A stretch of 64,000 nt of DNA from Callorhinchus milii (GCF_018977255.1 NW_024704743.1:104100001-104164000); one strand, 5' to 3'. Shown: positions 37,765 to 51,540, counted from the stretch's first letter. Program-made: numbers and translations. The notes: a model not told the origin generated them from the sequence alone.

Positions 37765-40130
37765 GCGAGTGCGGTCCCACTAAGATGGATGAGGGAAGAG
37801 AGGTGGTGGAGGAGGATGGGTGGTCCACCCTGTTGAACCGGTCAGAAAGAACCAGGAGGACGTGGAGGCAGAGGGAGCCCTGGTCACAGATAGAGTGGAC
37901 GTAATTTGTGACTTTGACAAGCGCTGTCTCTGTGCTGTGGACAGCACGAAAACCAGACTGCAGGGGCTCGAGGAGGGAGTGGAGGGAGAGGTGTGACCGA
38001 AGTTGACCTGCAACAATGCGTTCCAGGATTTTGGCAAGAAAGGGTAGGTTGGAGATGGGACGGTAGTGTACGAGGTTAGAGGGATCAAGAGTGTTTTATT
38101 TGAGGAGGGGTGTGATAACAACGGTTTTCAGTGGGAGTGGAACCGAGCCTGAGGAGAGAAACTGGTTGACTGTGTCAGGCAGCAAGGGCGAGAGGAGGGG
38201 GAATTGAGTGACCAGCAGCTGGTGGGGAGGGGACCAAGGCAGAGGTGGTGAACTTCATGCAGGTGATTGTGATTGAGAGGGAGAAATGGGGGCAAAGGAG
38301 TTTAAGGAGGTGGCAGGAGTTGTGGCGGAGGGAGAAGGCAGTGTGGATGGTCTGGGTGGGTGGAAGGGGATATGGGGGCAGAGGATGATGCAGCCAGTGG
38401 ATGTTTTCAGTCTTTGAGGCGAAGAAGTCTCAGACAGAAGTCTGGGTTGTTTTGGCCTCTAGGATGACTTTGGAGTAAAAGCTATTTTTGACCTGTGCAA
38501 AGGAAAGGCAGTAGGTGCAGAGGTGCTCGAGCCACAGATGGCAGTGAATCATGAGGCTGGATTTCTGCCAACTGTGCTCAAGGGTTCAAATTTGGGTTTT
38601 GAGTGAGCGGAGATGACTGTTGTACCAGGGGGAGTGGCTGGATTTGCAAACTGCCCTGGATTTCAGGGGAGCCAGGGAATTAAAGGTTGTGGAGAGACGG
38701 TCATTATGCAGCTTGACGGCTGCATCAGGATCGCTGTGGGTGGAGGGCCAGAGGAAGAGGAGGTCCGAGGAAGAGAGGGCATTTGTGAGGGACTCAGGGA
38801 GAAGCTTTATCCAGGGGCAGGAAAAAATGGTGGACGGCTTGGGAGAGGGGAGTGGGACATGAGAGGAGCGGGAGATGAGGAAGTGAACCGAGATTGCCTT
38901 GTCCATGATTGACAGGTCAGAAATATCAAGGCCATGTGTGATGGCGAGATCGAGGGAATGGCCACGATTGTGGGTTGGTGAGTTGATGTGGAGGGTGAGG
39001 TTTAGGGAGGAGAGGAGGGCAGTGAAATCCGAGGAGGGGGTGCAAGGGGAGTTTAGGTTGAGGTTTAAATCACCCATTATAAGCAGGTGTTCAATGCAGA
39101 GGTACAGGGATGAGAGGAGATATCAGTGAGGAAGGAACCAGGAGGTTTGGGGGAGCGGTAAACTAGAAGGATTTTGAGGGAGAGAGAGGAGGGATGCTAG
39201 AGGGTGAGGTGCTGGAAGAAGGAGAAACAGCCAGAGGAATAGGAGGATAGACCAAGGGAAGCTGGGGAGATGAGGGCCAGCTCGCTGCCATGTTGGTTGC
39301 GGCAGGTGTGGTGAGAAGTGTAGCTGGGAGGGGAGGCTTCAACAAGGGGCACGAGGTCACTGGGGTAGAGCCAGGTTTCTGTAAGCCCAAGACTATCAAT
39401 GTGCTCATCTCGAATGACGTCATGGATATAGTAAGGACTTTATTGGAGAAGGAGCGGACATTTTGGACGGAGATGCAGATAGGTTTGTTGCGGAGGGTGT
39501 GGATGGAGGAGAGAGTGGCATAGAGAGGATTTGGGATCATGGGGGAGAAATGACTGTGGAGTTTGAGGAGGGGGTAGAGTTGGAGAGGGTATGGATGAGG
39601 GAGGGGGAAGGGGTGTTTGCCGTTCGGAGGCGGTTGCTGCGGAGAGTGAGTGCTGGGACTGTTGGGGTGGCTGCTCTGGGACAACCAGTGCCGGGAGCCA
39701 CGATGGGCCTGATGGAGGATGCCCAGGCTGGATCAGAGGGAGGTAATGGTGGGGTCCAGGAGATAGAGAAGGCAAGGAGGGCGGTGGGAGAGAAGGACAG
39801 AGTGGGAGTAGCGGAGTGTGGGGGGTGGGAGCAGGAACATTTACGGAAGGAACGGCTCGGGTTGGGGCGGCAGCCAAAACGCACATGCAGAGACCGGGAG
39901 TGAGAGATCAGTGGGGCAGCATCAGCCTGCGAGCTACGGGATACAGCATAGGGCGGGGGAGAGAGGGGAGAGAGGGTATGGCAATCATGACTTAGAGAAA
40001 GGGAGGGAAAGGAGGGAGAACAAGATAGCAGAAGGATAGCAAAATTTACCCTATACTTACCCTGGAGGATTTGAAAACGGCGCAGTATGTTCTGTGAATT
40101 TTGGCTGAGCAGCGCCAACAACTCCTCCTT
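37765..40130 (-). mobile_element. L2 LINE, endonuclease and start of reverse transcriptase, decayed
   Basis: APE motifs VQNVRS, MGDLN and PTHNRGHSLDL; RT-start motifs [10 protein letters not shown] and [18 protein letters not shown] across frameshifts. Confidence 0.88.
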
Positions 40131-40419
40131 CTCCTCTTAAACCGGACAAAATGTTTCCAGCTTAGCAGGCTTCCACTGTAAATGTAATATTTGGGAATTT
40201 TGGATCATATTTCATTTGTTTATTGAAACAGCAGATGGTTTCTACGATTTCATGATAACATTCATAAGAAAAAAGAGAACAAGAATTATTAATTCCCACA
40301 CAGCTCACCCTATTATAAACATCATACTTCAAGATCAAATCTGATCATTAGTCGTCTGTTGTGTTTCTTATTCAGTGCTGGCCATTGCCTGGGGATCCCA
40401 ACTCTCTAGCAACATCTAT

Positions 40420-40742
40420 GGAGTCCTGTAGCTCAGTGGTTAGAGCACTCGCTTTGCAAGTGAGAGACCTGAGTTCAATTCCAGGCACAGGGCGAAACTT
40501 GGGCAAGTTTCCTTACTCCACACGCCTAATAATAATCCCTCCAAAAAACCAAAAACAATAATAAAATTGGTCATTTTCAATCTACAACTGTTTGTGCGAC
40601 ATTGCTGTGCGCAATTGGCTGCTGCGTTCGCCCACAAATATACAGTCAATTCACTTTACAGTGTGTTCTGTGAAGCGCTTTGGGACGTCCTCCCGACGTG
40701 AAAAGCGCTATATCAAATGCAAGGATTATTATTATTATTATA
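40420..40742 (+). mobile_element. tRNA-derived Deu SINE, young subfamily
   Basis: Full element; possible target-site duplication aacatctat/aacatcgat. Confidence 0.9.
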
Positions 40743-42740
40743 ACATCGATTATATCAATTAATAAATTGCTGTACAAGATAAGATTTCCCTCAATTGAAT
40801 TGAAAACAAGAAAATATTTCCACACAGGTATTTCTTCCTAACTATGTTCCTATTGCAAATTTGTAATATTGTAGTTAATTCTTGCTCATTATGTTATTCA
40901 ATAAAAATAAACCAGTTGTATTCAGTATTATGATTTCTGTCCTATGAACTGCTCTAATGAGCAGATGAGATCAAAGGAGAAAAGAAAGACATAAATTGAA
41001 CAGTGGTGTTCTGTTGTATGACAGTTGATACATGTTTGTAGCACACTGAGTTTAGAATTGCAGATAGGCTGCTAGAAACAAAACCAAGCAGAAATCAGAT
41101 AAAGCACTCCCGCATTGGAAGAGATGGAAAATTGGCAGTGAGTCGCTCCACCCCACTTTTTCGCACTTAACAACTAGTTACAGGGTGCCATTAACTGAAA
41201 GCCTCTGTGTCATAATGCATAGTAATGCAGCTACGAAAAGAGAAAGAAAAGTAACTTTTTAAGAAAACAAATTGCCCTGAACCAGAACCTAAAGTTTAGC
41301 ACAACATTCACCATACCATGACTTGGATCAGAGTACTATTGGTTGATATTTTTGTCCCATGCTTATAGGCAATATTTCAGCAGATGAAGTAGTGCTGTTG
41401 GCAGACTCACCTTGGGATCTTGGGCATTGCACTCATCATCTTGAACACTGAGCCACTCAGTGGGATAGAATGGTAAGTGTGGCATTATGGCTCCACTAAT
41501 CAATGTGGTTAAATGAGATATTCAAAATGAATCCCTTTTTTCCCTTCCCTCCCAATAAAAGTGTAAGAAAGATCTCAATGAAAGAAACTACAGTATCTTA
41601 AGAGCAGCAAGCCAGAAGTATCAGGAAGAAGTTAGATGGACTGACTTTGCGCTATATTTGTTCATCATGTTTTTGTTCGTACTTTTGCTAAAGTTGTCTC
41701 ATAGTTGTAACCAGAACTATTTATCAGTTCCCTATTGTCATGGAAATTACTATGAGCACAAAGAAATTTTATGCACATAAATGAGGAGACACCTCAGTAA
41801 TGCATTAGATACATTCCAACCAAAAAGCAAAGAGATGCTAGGAATAGTCTTATCGATACTAGTTTTAGCCAGATTTTCTCAGCTCCTGATGTGAACAGAA
41901 CCTTTTACAAATATTCAATGTTACAGTACCTCAAGAGGATAGTATTTGTGGATATAGAAAGATTGAGACATGCATTCCATTCTGCCTGACAAAACGTTTA
42001 ATAGTTTATCATACGACTAATTGTTTTTTTAAGGAAGCTAGTGGCATTTTTCCATCATGCGTGCATCACTTAGCGCAATTTTTCAGAACAGATTGTACAA
42101 ATTATCCAAATAACATACACTGGCCGAAACTTCAGCTCGCCTTAGCTTGTAGGAACATTTTTTTTCTGCAAATTTACAGTTGTGTAAAATTGTGTCAAAT
42201 TCTTAAATTCATTCTTAATTTGGAAGCCGTTTTTTTATAAAAGCTGCAAGAGTCTGGTTTCTAAATTAAGACTAACTGTAAGAATTTTCCATAATTCTGC
42301 ACCATCTTAAGTTTCAAGATAAAATGGCCTTGCTGACTAACACTAGGTGGAATGTTGGGCTTCAAATTACGAATAAACAAAGTAGCTGGAGAATGACCCT
42401 ATTACAATGCAATGTTTGGGTCCATTAAATTAGATACTGCATTCACTTACAACAGGTCTTCAGAAAATGTGGCTGGCAATCTCGCTTCCAAGTCGATAGG
42501 TCACTGCTGACATCACTTCCAGCTTCTGGAGACAAAGAGATCATTAAAAACAGTCATCATTGTACTATGTCTTTAAAATGGGAAATATTAAAACATGCTT
42601 TTTGATTGATCAGAATAAGATAAACCACCACGTTTTTACATTCAAGCCTTTGGGACGTCCTCCCGACGTGAAAGGCTCTCTATAAATGGAATCTTGTTGT
42701 TGTTGTTGTTATATATATATATGTTACTGCATTATAACTT

Positions 42741-43002
42741 ATAATAATAATAATAATATTCCTTGCATTTGATATAGCACTTTTCACGTCTTCTAGATGT
42801 CCCAAAGCGCTTCACAGAATATACTGTAAAGTGAATTAACTGTATATTTGTGGACGAACGCGGCAGCCAATTGCGCACAGCAGTGTCCCACAGACAGTCG
42901 TGGATTGAAAATGACCAATTTATTATTGTTTTGTTTCTTTGGAGGGATTATTATGAGGCGTGTGGAGAAAGGAAACTTGCCCAAGGTTTCGCCCTGCCTG
43001 GA
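42741..43002 (-). mobile_element. Deu SINE, 5'-truncated
   Basis: Reverse complement of the core and tail. Confidence 0.85.
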
Positions 43003-44827
43003 AATAGACATTGCCATCTGATACATAATTGGGACATAATCATTCTCCACTCACTGTCTACCATGATACTTCCACAAAATCACCTGAAACTGTTTGAGAT
43101 AAAATCCTAATGATGATGTTCTCTACATAGGAATGCTTGGGAGCAAACTTTAACAAAGTCGTTATACTTAGCAACAAGAGAAAGTTCTCACAGAATGTGC
43201 CTGAAGCTTTAAAATCTTTCTAAAAATCACTTAGACGTGAGTTTTAAATCTCAATCAGTGTATTCCTAAACTGTCATAATTAAACAAATCTCTTCACTCA
43301 TAATAGTAGTTGTGTGTTTTCATTGAAAAAAACTTTTCAGATTATGGTTGAACATTATATAGACAATATAAATAAATCGAGATTAAATAATATATTTCTT
43401 CAACAGTGGGTAAGACGTTAAGCTCCATGAATATGTGATGTCTCATAGCATGCCATGATCTTATAGAATGGTTGAACAGGCTCGAGGGGCTGAATGGCCT
43501 ACTCCTGTTGCTACGTTTCTATGCCCATGTCTCAACGATGTGATAAGACGCTATATCAAATGCGAGGATTTTTATTATTATGTGGGAACTCGCTATGCTA
43601 CAATGCATTTTCAGAAGCATTCCCACGGATCTAGGAAAATCCTGTTAAGAAATGCTGCAAACTGGACCAAAGGCATCAATTATCTCCAAGAACTAAGTTA
43701 TCCTTATTTTTTCCTTTATTTCTTTAGAGCAATTTTCCTGCTCCACTCAAAACTGACATGTAGTGTGGAGAGGATAGCTATGTTTGTAAGTAACAAACTA
43801 AATAAAGTCCAACATAACTCAAATGTGAATCTATAACTGCATTTAAAAACAAAATGTTATATTTTTTAAACTGAACATTTCCAGCTTTATAATAGTTGTG
43901 AATATTATAGTACATGCAAATAGCTTCATAGGCTATGGCACCTCAAATGGGCTACTTAGAAGTGGGCTTGTGAGGTAATTGAACAGCATTCAGTACATTC
44001 ACAATAGTAAGAGTGCAGCTGCGCATGAGGAATGTAGGTTTATGAGATACAACTAAACACTCTGATTCTTTGGGAGCACATAAGAAAGAAACATAATCCA
44101 TAGCAACAAGCTGATTTATTTACCAAAAGGGCTAGACTATTATCAGAAACATGAAAGCACATTTTACGCCTTGTGGTACTAAATTCCTGTGGGTTCAGTG
44201 ATAAAACTGGTGATCACTCATGCAGAAAGCAGTAATTCTTTGCCTCAGAGCTCAACACTTTTGTTCTTGAAATGTTTACAATTTATCATTTGGTTATCAA
44301 GAGATTTAGAGTTTGGTTTAGTAACTAAACTGCTTGTTTAGATATATGTGTTAAGACTGTCATGGCTAAATATGCATCACTAAACAACTGAAACTGAAGT
44401 CCATGTAATGTAATTTAAGATGAGTTGTAAAGAATCTCAGACTCATGTACAGTAGTTAATAATTAGCTGAATCCTATAGAGAATAGGATGTAGTTTCACA
44501 TCCTCATTTTCACTTAACAAATTGCTGATTTCTGCCACGCCATTGATTGGAAGCAGTGAACACAGGCTCAACATTTCTCCAGAGTTTGAAAGACAGAAGA
44601 CACTTCTTTTGCATATTTTCTTTCCATGGTAATTTTTCCCTCTCTGTCTTAAATTTAAAATCATACATCATTTTAAAAGTTCAGTCTTAATCTTTTGAAT
44701 TTTGAAAAACCAACTTCCAAGATAAGACTAAACTTAAGAGTTTTCCAAAATTCAGCACAATTTTAAATTTTAAGTCGAATCAGTCGAGACCGTAATATTT
44801 AATATGATTTATGCAAAGCATGAGTTA

Positions 44828-44947
44828 CAGTCAAACTTGCATAAATTGCATAACATCCAATTTAATCAATAATTTGCAATAATTAAGTATGTATGACTTA
44901 AAACAATTATACAATTTATAAAGATATGAATTATGCGAGTTTTACTG
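44828..44947. mobile_element. Tc1/mariner-Tigger-type MITE
   Basis: TA|CAGTCAAACTTGCATAA ... TTATGCGAGTTTTACTG|TA. Relatives at 62464-62604 and 25452-26031. Confidence 0.75.
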
Positions 44948-46519
44948 TAGCTTGTTTTGACTTATAGGTAAAATGCATTCAAACTGATGCTTTCAAAAAT
45001 CAGAGACCCAAACAATTCTAATAATAATCTTTACATAAAATATATCACCTTATCACATCATTGAGGCGTCCTGAAGCGCATCACAGGAATTGCTGTGAAG
45101 TCGAATAACTGTGTGAAACTCTGAGACATAAGATGGATTCCTGTAGTTTAATAGTTAAAGCACTTGAATTGCAAACAAGAGGACCTGGGATCAATTCTCA
45201 GGCAGGGAGAAATGCTAAGCAAGTTTCCTTACTCCACATGCGTCGGTTTACCTAGCAGTAAGTAGGAATCCAGTTGTTCGTCGATTGGGGTATCGCTTTT
45301 CCGTCGGTAATAATCCCTTTAACATTTTTTAAGAAATAATATTAATTTTCTCACACTATGCACAAGTTTTGTGGGACACTGCTGTTTGCAATTCACTTTA
45401 CAGTATATTCTGGGAAGCACTTTAAGGCATCTCGAAGACGTGATAATTATTATGATTGTCTTAAAATATAAGGTCATGCACATTTTGAAAAGTTCTTAAG
45501 AGTCAGGTTGTGTTTTGAAAGCTAATTTTCCCCTTCTTTTCATCATTCTACTAGTTTGTTACCCACTTTACTAGCGTGAAATCCACATTATTGCAGGTAC
45601 ATTAACATTGGTGGCTATGATTTTTATTATCGCTAATGTTACATTTCTCTCGCTTGGCATCTAATGATATCTTTCGCTCAGCATTCCTTCGAGGAGTTCA
45701 TTAAATGGGCTCTATGCCCATTTTTAACAAACAGAGGAATGTTGGCTTCAGTAAAAAATTAATCTCAGGTTACAATTCACAATGATCACAGTTGCATCTC
45801 AATGAAATCTTCACGTGTTCTAAAATATTTCCTCCCACAGGATGTGGGAACCGGGAGCTATATAACAAAGTTTACAAAATGATAATATAGTAGCTGCTGT
45901 AGTAAATTGTGAAGAAAGCATTATATGCAAAGAGGACATACACAGATTAAACAAAGGGTAAAACAATGCCTGATAAAACTTAATGTAGTAAAGTGCAAGT
46001 TTTAATAAATAATCCTTTCCATTAATACAGCACCTTTCATGAGGATGTTTCAGAGTGCTTCGTAGGATATATTGCAAAATGCAGCCGCTGTCTATTTTGT
46101 GGGCAAAACACTTTTAATTGTGCTCTTAGACAGACTCTTGACCTCTGGCAAATGACATTCCACTTATACACAGACTTCTTGATGGTATTGTGTAAGTATC
46201 AGAATGATATCGTGATGTGCATGTACAAAATATCATTAGATTTTTGGAGGTTGTGGAACCAGTTGCTCCTAGCTTTTTTGTGCTACATTATGTGCCAGTA
46301 TATGTAGGTATTGAAAATCCCTTGACTATCAAAAAAAGGGATTGTCTCCCAATATTCTGGCTATCAGTCCTCTGCATTAATTGGTCATTTACTTCATGCC
46401 TGTTTGTGGGACATTGCTGTGTGCAAACTGGCTGCTATGTTCAAAATACACAGTGGCTACACTTTATAGTGAACCCTGTGAAGTGCTTTGAGAACGTGAT
46501 AACATGCTACATCAAATCA

Positions 46520-46900
46520 TAGAACTATAGAATCGTACAGCACAAAAAGAGGCCATTCGGCCCATCGAGTTTGTGCCGGCTCTTTGAAAAGAGCAATGTA
46601 ATGTCAAGCCCACTCCCCAGCCCTTTCCCCATAGCCCTGCAAACCCGTCCTCCTCAAATACCCAACGACCGCGTTTTTAAAAGTTGTTATCGAATCGGCC
46701 TCGATCACCCTTTCAGGCGAAGTGTTCCAGATTCGAACAACTCGATGCGTGAAAAAATTTCTTCTCACCTCCCCTCTGCTTCTTTTAGATACTATTTTGA
46801 ATCTGTGACCTCGAGTCACCGACACACCCACCAGTGGAAACAGCTCTTCCCTTTCTAACCTATCAAATTCCCTCATGATTTTGAAGAACTCTATTAGGTC
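46520..46900 (-). mobile_element. CR1 LINE 3' fragment
   Basis: FDRLEREELFPLVGVSVTRGHRFKI...FFTHRVVRIWN. A related + strand 3' end lies at about 48310-48478. Confidence 0.85.
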
Positions 46901-46917
46901 ATAACTCTATTTAAGTT

Positions 46918-47120
46918 ATAATAATAATCCCTCCAAAAACAATAATAAATTGGTCATTTTCAATCTACGACTGTTTGTGGGACATTGCTGTGCGCAATTG
47001 GCTGCCGCATTCGCCCACAAATATACAGTCAATTCACTTTACAGTGTGTTCTGTGAAGCGCTTTGGGACATCCTCCCAACGTGAAAAGCGCTATATCAAA
47101 TGCAAGGATTATTATTATTA
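46918..47120 (+). mobile_element. Deu SINE, 3' half
   Basis: Core and tail match the young subfamily. Confidence 0.85.
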
Positions 47121-47284
47121 CTGTTTTGCAGAACCTTAAGAATCGATAAAGACTCTTGTGTGTGTTTATTTAGCATCATCAACATCTAGGATGTTTTAAA
47201 AAAATCTGCAACCTTGACAATGCATTGACAAAACAGGCTCTGGCTATCTCTCCTGTGTTCATTATGAAAAGGGAATACTTTAGT

Positions 47285-47541
47285 TAGGGTAACCTTACGT
47301 CCTCGATTTCCGGGGACAGTCCCCGGATGAGATATTGTGTCCCTGACCAAATTTGCCTTATCTTGAGTTCAGCAACAAACTGAACAAGAACAATAAAATC
47401 CTAAAGGAGATACACTCACCAGAGAAATACAGCCATTAATCCCACAAGCTTCTCCAGTACCTCCAGCATCAGAAATTGTGGTGAGTTCAATTTTTTTATA
47501 TATGTGTCCCCGGATTTGGTTTATAAATTATGGTCACCCTA
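47285..47541. mobile_element. Non-autonomous DNA transposon with TAGGG termini (hAT-like); inverted second copy at about 6540-6802
   Basis: TIRs TAGGGTAACC / GGTCACCCTA. The internal ccggggacagtccccgga and tgtggtgagttcaa segments are shared with 6540-6802. Confidence 0.7.
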
Positions 47542-49169
47542 CAAGTTTAGAGGCACCCTTAGTTATTGAAATGCAATGTTAAAACCAAGAACACGGTCAA
47601 GTTAGTGTGAAAAACAGCAAGGAATGCAGTGGATTCCTTTTTTGTGGAAATGAAGTAAGGACATTATTCCAAGACTAAACTGGCACACTTATATATCCCC
47701 CTCCCCGGGTCTGGCAGCTTCTTTTCTCTGTCAATCACACTTTGCATGCCTGTTTGTGTACCTCGGTGACTGAAGATTAGCAGCGCAGAGCAAAAAGCCT
47801 CTGGAAAGTACAGTACGTTGCTGTGTGCCAAGGCTTTCGTGATGCTATGGTAAAGGGGAAAATTTCAGGTTAGTAACATAATCCCAACATTTAACTCCAT
47901 TATCCGCTCAAATGATAACACTCAACATAAAAAACACTAGCCATTCCCTGGCTAACTTCTCCCTTCTTAAGCTCCCCATTGCAAGATTACTTTAAACCCT
48001 ACACTGTCAGCTGGAGGCTTTTTTAAAAAAATGCAACATTTACTTTACTTTGTTGACCTGTAATTTTAGCAGCCGGTTTCATTGTTGGGTTTGTGGGGAC
48101 AGGATGTTCCATAAGAACATAATAATAATAATATGAGAATTTGCTAAGTGAAAGAAGACTGATGTCCGCAATCCTGGCAGTCGCATGACATGTACTGTCC
48201 CAAACTAGATATTGTATCCCGAGATACTATTTCTTAACAGAAATCTATCTAATTTGTTCTTGAATGAATCAACACGTTCTTTTTTCAGACAAAAAGGTTT
48301 TCAGGATCGAGTTTGCAACTACAGTTAGATAATTATTTGGGGAGGACAAGTTTGCAGGGCTATGGGGAGAGAGCAGGGTAGTGGGATTCAATCGGATAGC
48401 TCTTTTCAAAGAGCCGGCACAGACACGACGGGCCGAATGGCCTCCTCCTGCGCTGTACGGTTCTATGATTCTATGATCCGGTACTGTTGGCGTCTTTGCT
48501 GCAGTCAGCAGAAAGTGGATCCTTATCTATCGCTCCAGTCGAGATGACAAGAGCAGACGATAGCATGAGGGAGGCGTGCGGTTTATCCTCACTGCTGTTT
48601 ACATTGGCAATTGAGCGCAGGCCCTGCCAGTTTAATTGACATGCGGTGCCACTGGCCAGAGCGGAGCTGGCGTGCTGACAAGCTCTCGCCTCTCTTTCTC
48701 CCCCTCCTTCGGTTTAGATCTGCCAACTTTCTTTGCGAGTGCAGCGGACCAGACCCGACAACAATAGGCTTTGTCCCATTTTCTTTCTCGCTCCTGAATG
48801 AATGGCTGTTGGGGAGTTTTCCATAGTAACAATTACAAAACCCATTGGTGCTGTGGAGAAGGGAGTGGGGAGTGTGGGGGGGGGCTGTAAAAACAGCTCT
48901 CTCTCTCTCTCTCTCTCTCTTATGGGTGGAAATCTCAGTGCTATGATCCAGAGCTGCCAAGAGAAAAAGGTTGTCAAAGAGAGGTGAATGAGCAATCCTC
49001 ACAGGACCCTGGGACCCCCCCCCCCGGGGAGACTGGCAAAGCAGAGACACAGTGCTGCACTGTGTGCGAGTGTGAATGCTCTGGGGGGGAGGGGGGGGGG
49101 GGGTGGGGGGGTATGTGGCTCTGGAGGTGTCTGTCTGTGGGACTGGAGCTGACTGTTCAGGTTGTTCTG

Positions 49170-49177
49170 TATAAATA
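49170..49177 (+). promoter_or_regulatory. TATA box of the AARD-like gene
   Basis: TATAAATA, 52 nt upstream of the ATG. Confidence 0.55.
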
Positions 49178-49221
49178 TCTCCTCGTTGTTGTGGACACCG
49201 CCTCTGCAGTCGGTCCTCACT

Positions 49222-49425
49222 ATGAGCAGTGACGGTCAGTACGAAGACTCTGTGTCCAGTCTGATGTTGGAGAACCTCAGACACCGACTGCTGAGGGCTT
49301 TCCGGGGCCCCTCCGCTCCCACCGAGAAGCGGGAGCGCTGGAGCCTCAGCACTAACCCGCGCGCTGACGAGGAGCTCCGCAGAGCCAAGATTGACGGCGC
49401 CATCTCCTGGCTCCGCTCCGAGCTG
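49222..49425 (+). CDS. AARD: Alanine- and arginine-rich domain protein (FAM167 family), coding exon 1
   Basis: actATG about 50 nt after a TATA box. SSLMLENLRHRLLRAF...IDGAISWLRSEL matches AARD SPLLEDLRRRLTRAF...VEATLARLRAEL. Donor CTG|GTGAGC, phase 0. Confidence 0.85.
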
Positions 49426-49429
49426 GTGA

Positions 49430-50290
49430 GCCCCCCCCCGGGTACCCCCCCCCGCCCCGGGTACCCCCCCCGGGTACCCCCCCCCCCGGGTACCCCCCCC
49501 CCCGGTACCCCCCCCCCCGGGTACCCCCCCGGGTACCCCCCCCGGGTACCCCCCCCCCCGGGTACCCCCCGGGTACCCCCCCCGGGTACCCCCCCCGCCC
49601 CCCCCCCCCCCCCCCCCCCCGGGTACCCCCCCCCCGGTACCCCCCCCCGGGTACCCCCCCCCGGGTACCCCCCCCCCCGGGTACCCCCCCCCCGGTACCC
49701 CCCCCCTCCAGCCCCCCCCCCCGGGTACCCCCCCCCCGGTCCCCCCCCCGGGTACCCCCCGCCCCCCTCCAGCCCCCCCCCCCGGGTACCCCCCCCCGGG
49801 TACCCCCCCCCCCCCCCCCCCCCCCCGGGTACCCCCCCCCCCCCCGCCCCCCCCCCCGGGTACCCCCCCCGGGTACCCCCCCCCCGGTACCCCCCCGGGT
49901 ACCCCCCCCCCGGGTACCCCCCCGGTACCCCCCCCCCCGGGTACCCCCCCCCCGGTACCCCCCCCCCACCCCCCCCCCCGGGTACCCCCCCCGCCCCCCC
50001 CCCGGTACCCCCCCGTACCCCCCCCCCCCGGGTACCCCCCCCGGCCCCCCCCCCCCGGGTACCCCCCCCTCCACCCCCCCCCCGGGTACCCCCCCCCCCC
50101 CCCGGGTACCCCCCCCCCGGGTACCCCCCCCCCCCCGGGTACCCCCCCGCCCCGGGTACCCCCCCCGGGTACCCCGCCCGGGTACCCCCCGGGTACCCGC
50201 CCCCGGGTACCCCGCCCCCCTCCGGCCCCCCCCCCCCGAGTCCCCCCGGGTACCCCCCGCTCCCCGGGTACCCCCCCCCGCCCCCCGGGC
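49430..50290. repeat. C-rich minisatellite (C)n-GGGTAC in AARD intron 1
   Basis: Dozens of GGTACC palindromes separated by C runs. Confidence 0.95.
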
Positions 50291-50364
50291 TCCCCCCTCC
50301 CCTCCCGCCCACTCCCCGCGGCTGGAGATTGTTACAATGGCATTGGGAACCCATGTTGCTGCTC

Positions 50365-50730
50365 TGTGTGTGTGTGTATCTGATCCGCTTTATATATATA
50401 TATATATTTGTGTGTGTGTATTGTATATATGTGTGTGTTGTGTGTGTGAGTGTATGTAAGCTGTGTGTGTATGCGTGTTTGTATGTATGTGTGTGAGTGT
50501 GTATGCATGTACGCTGTGTGTGCGTGTATATATGTTGTGTGTGTGTGTATGCGTATGCATGTACGTTGTGTGTGTGTGCATGTGCGTACGTTGTGTGTGT
50601 GTTTGTATGTATGTTGTGTGTGTGTGTGTGTATGTACGTTGTGTGTGTGTGTGTATGTATGTTGTGTGTGTGTATGTATGTTGTGTGTATGGTGTGTGTG
50701 TGTGTGTATGTATGTTGTGTGTGTGTGTGC
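50365..50730. repeat. Imperfect (TG/TA)n microsatellite in AARD intron 1
   Basis: Directly visible alternating purine-pyrimidine tract. Confidence 0.95.
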
Positions 50731-51357
50731 AGCACACTCTGCTCTGTGCTTTACTGACACTGACACAACGCTACACTGGTCACCTCGCCTCACCTCACCA
50801 GATCCACAGCCTGCGGGGGTGGGGGTGGGGTGGGGGGGGACAGAGGTCCAACACGCTGACTAAGTTAGAAAGACTTTGCAGATTTTCACACTGCACAATT
50901 CCCCCTCGATTTTATATATATATATATATATGCACACACACATATATTAAATGTGTGGTTAATTTTAAAAGTCCCCTCCCTCTTACTAGATGAATACTTT
51001 TTTTTTGGGGGGAGGGGGGGGGGGGGAGTCAAAATAGTTTCGTCGATCGCATTTTGGCCATTCGAGTGAGTTCATGGTTTGAATAAGAAAGAAAAGTCTT
51101 TTTTTTAACAATAATAAACACGGCGGTGCAGGCGTGTTTGGTTTGGGAGAAGCAATACTATCCACGTTACAATTGATTATATACTGGACGATATTTCACA
51201 CAAGGCTGCAGCCGTCACGGTCAATGGATCAGAAGGATTGATGGCGATTTGATGCGAGTCTCTCGTAGAACAATATCTGTCTAACCCTTTGAATGTCAAT
51301 GAGCAGCGAAATGCTAATTTCAGCGCTTGTGTTGTGGTGTCCCCTTTGCATTTGAAG

Positions 51358-51540
51358 CTGGAGATGAGGTCCCAGGATCGACAGCTTGCCAAGACGTTGT
51401 TGGACTTAAACACAGAGATACAAAAGCTGAGGAGTGAGCACCAATTGTCCAGGAATGCAGACAACGCAGCTCAGCAAGCAGTGGCAGATCCTGAACTTCA
51501 AACCACTCTGCAGAACAAAGAGCATTCGGAGTACGTCTGA
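51358..51540 (+). CDS. AARD: AARD coding exon 2
   Basis: Acceptor cccctttgcatttgaAG. LEMRSQDRQLAKTLLDLNTEIQKLRSEHQL matches AARD VEMHFQNHQLARTLLDLNMKVQQLKKEYEL. TGA at 51538-51540; AATAAA at 51636 and 52743. Confidence 0.87.
   Translation: MEMRSQDRQLAKTLLDLNTEIQKLRSEHQLSRNADNAAQQAVADPELQTTLQNKEHSEYV

Noticed and set aside
49162..50735. 444-aa Pro-rich and 499-aa Gly-rich ORFs resembling extensin or glycine-rich proteins
   Set aside because: They translate a stop-free minisatellite and a TG tract. A canonical donor at 49426 splices in frame to the real AARD exon 2.
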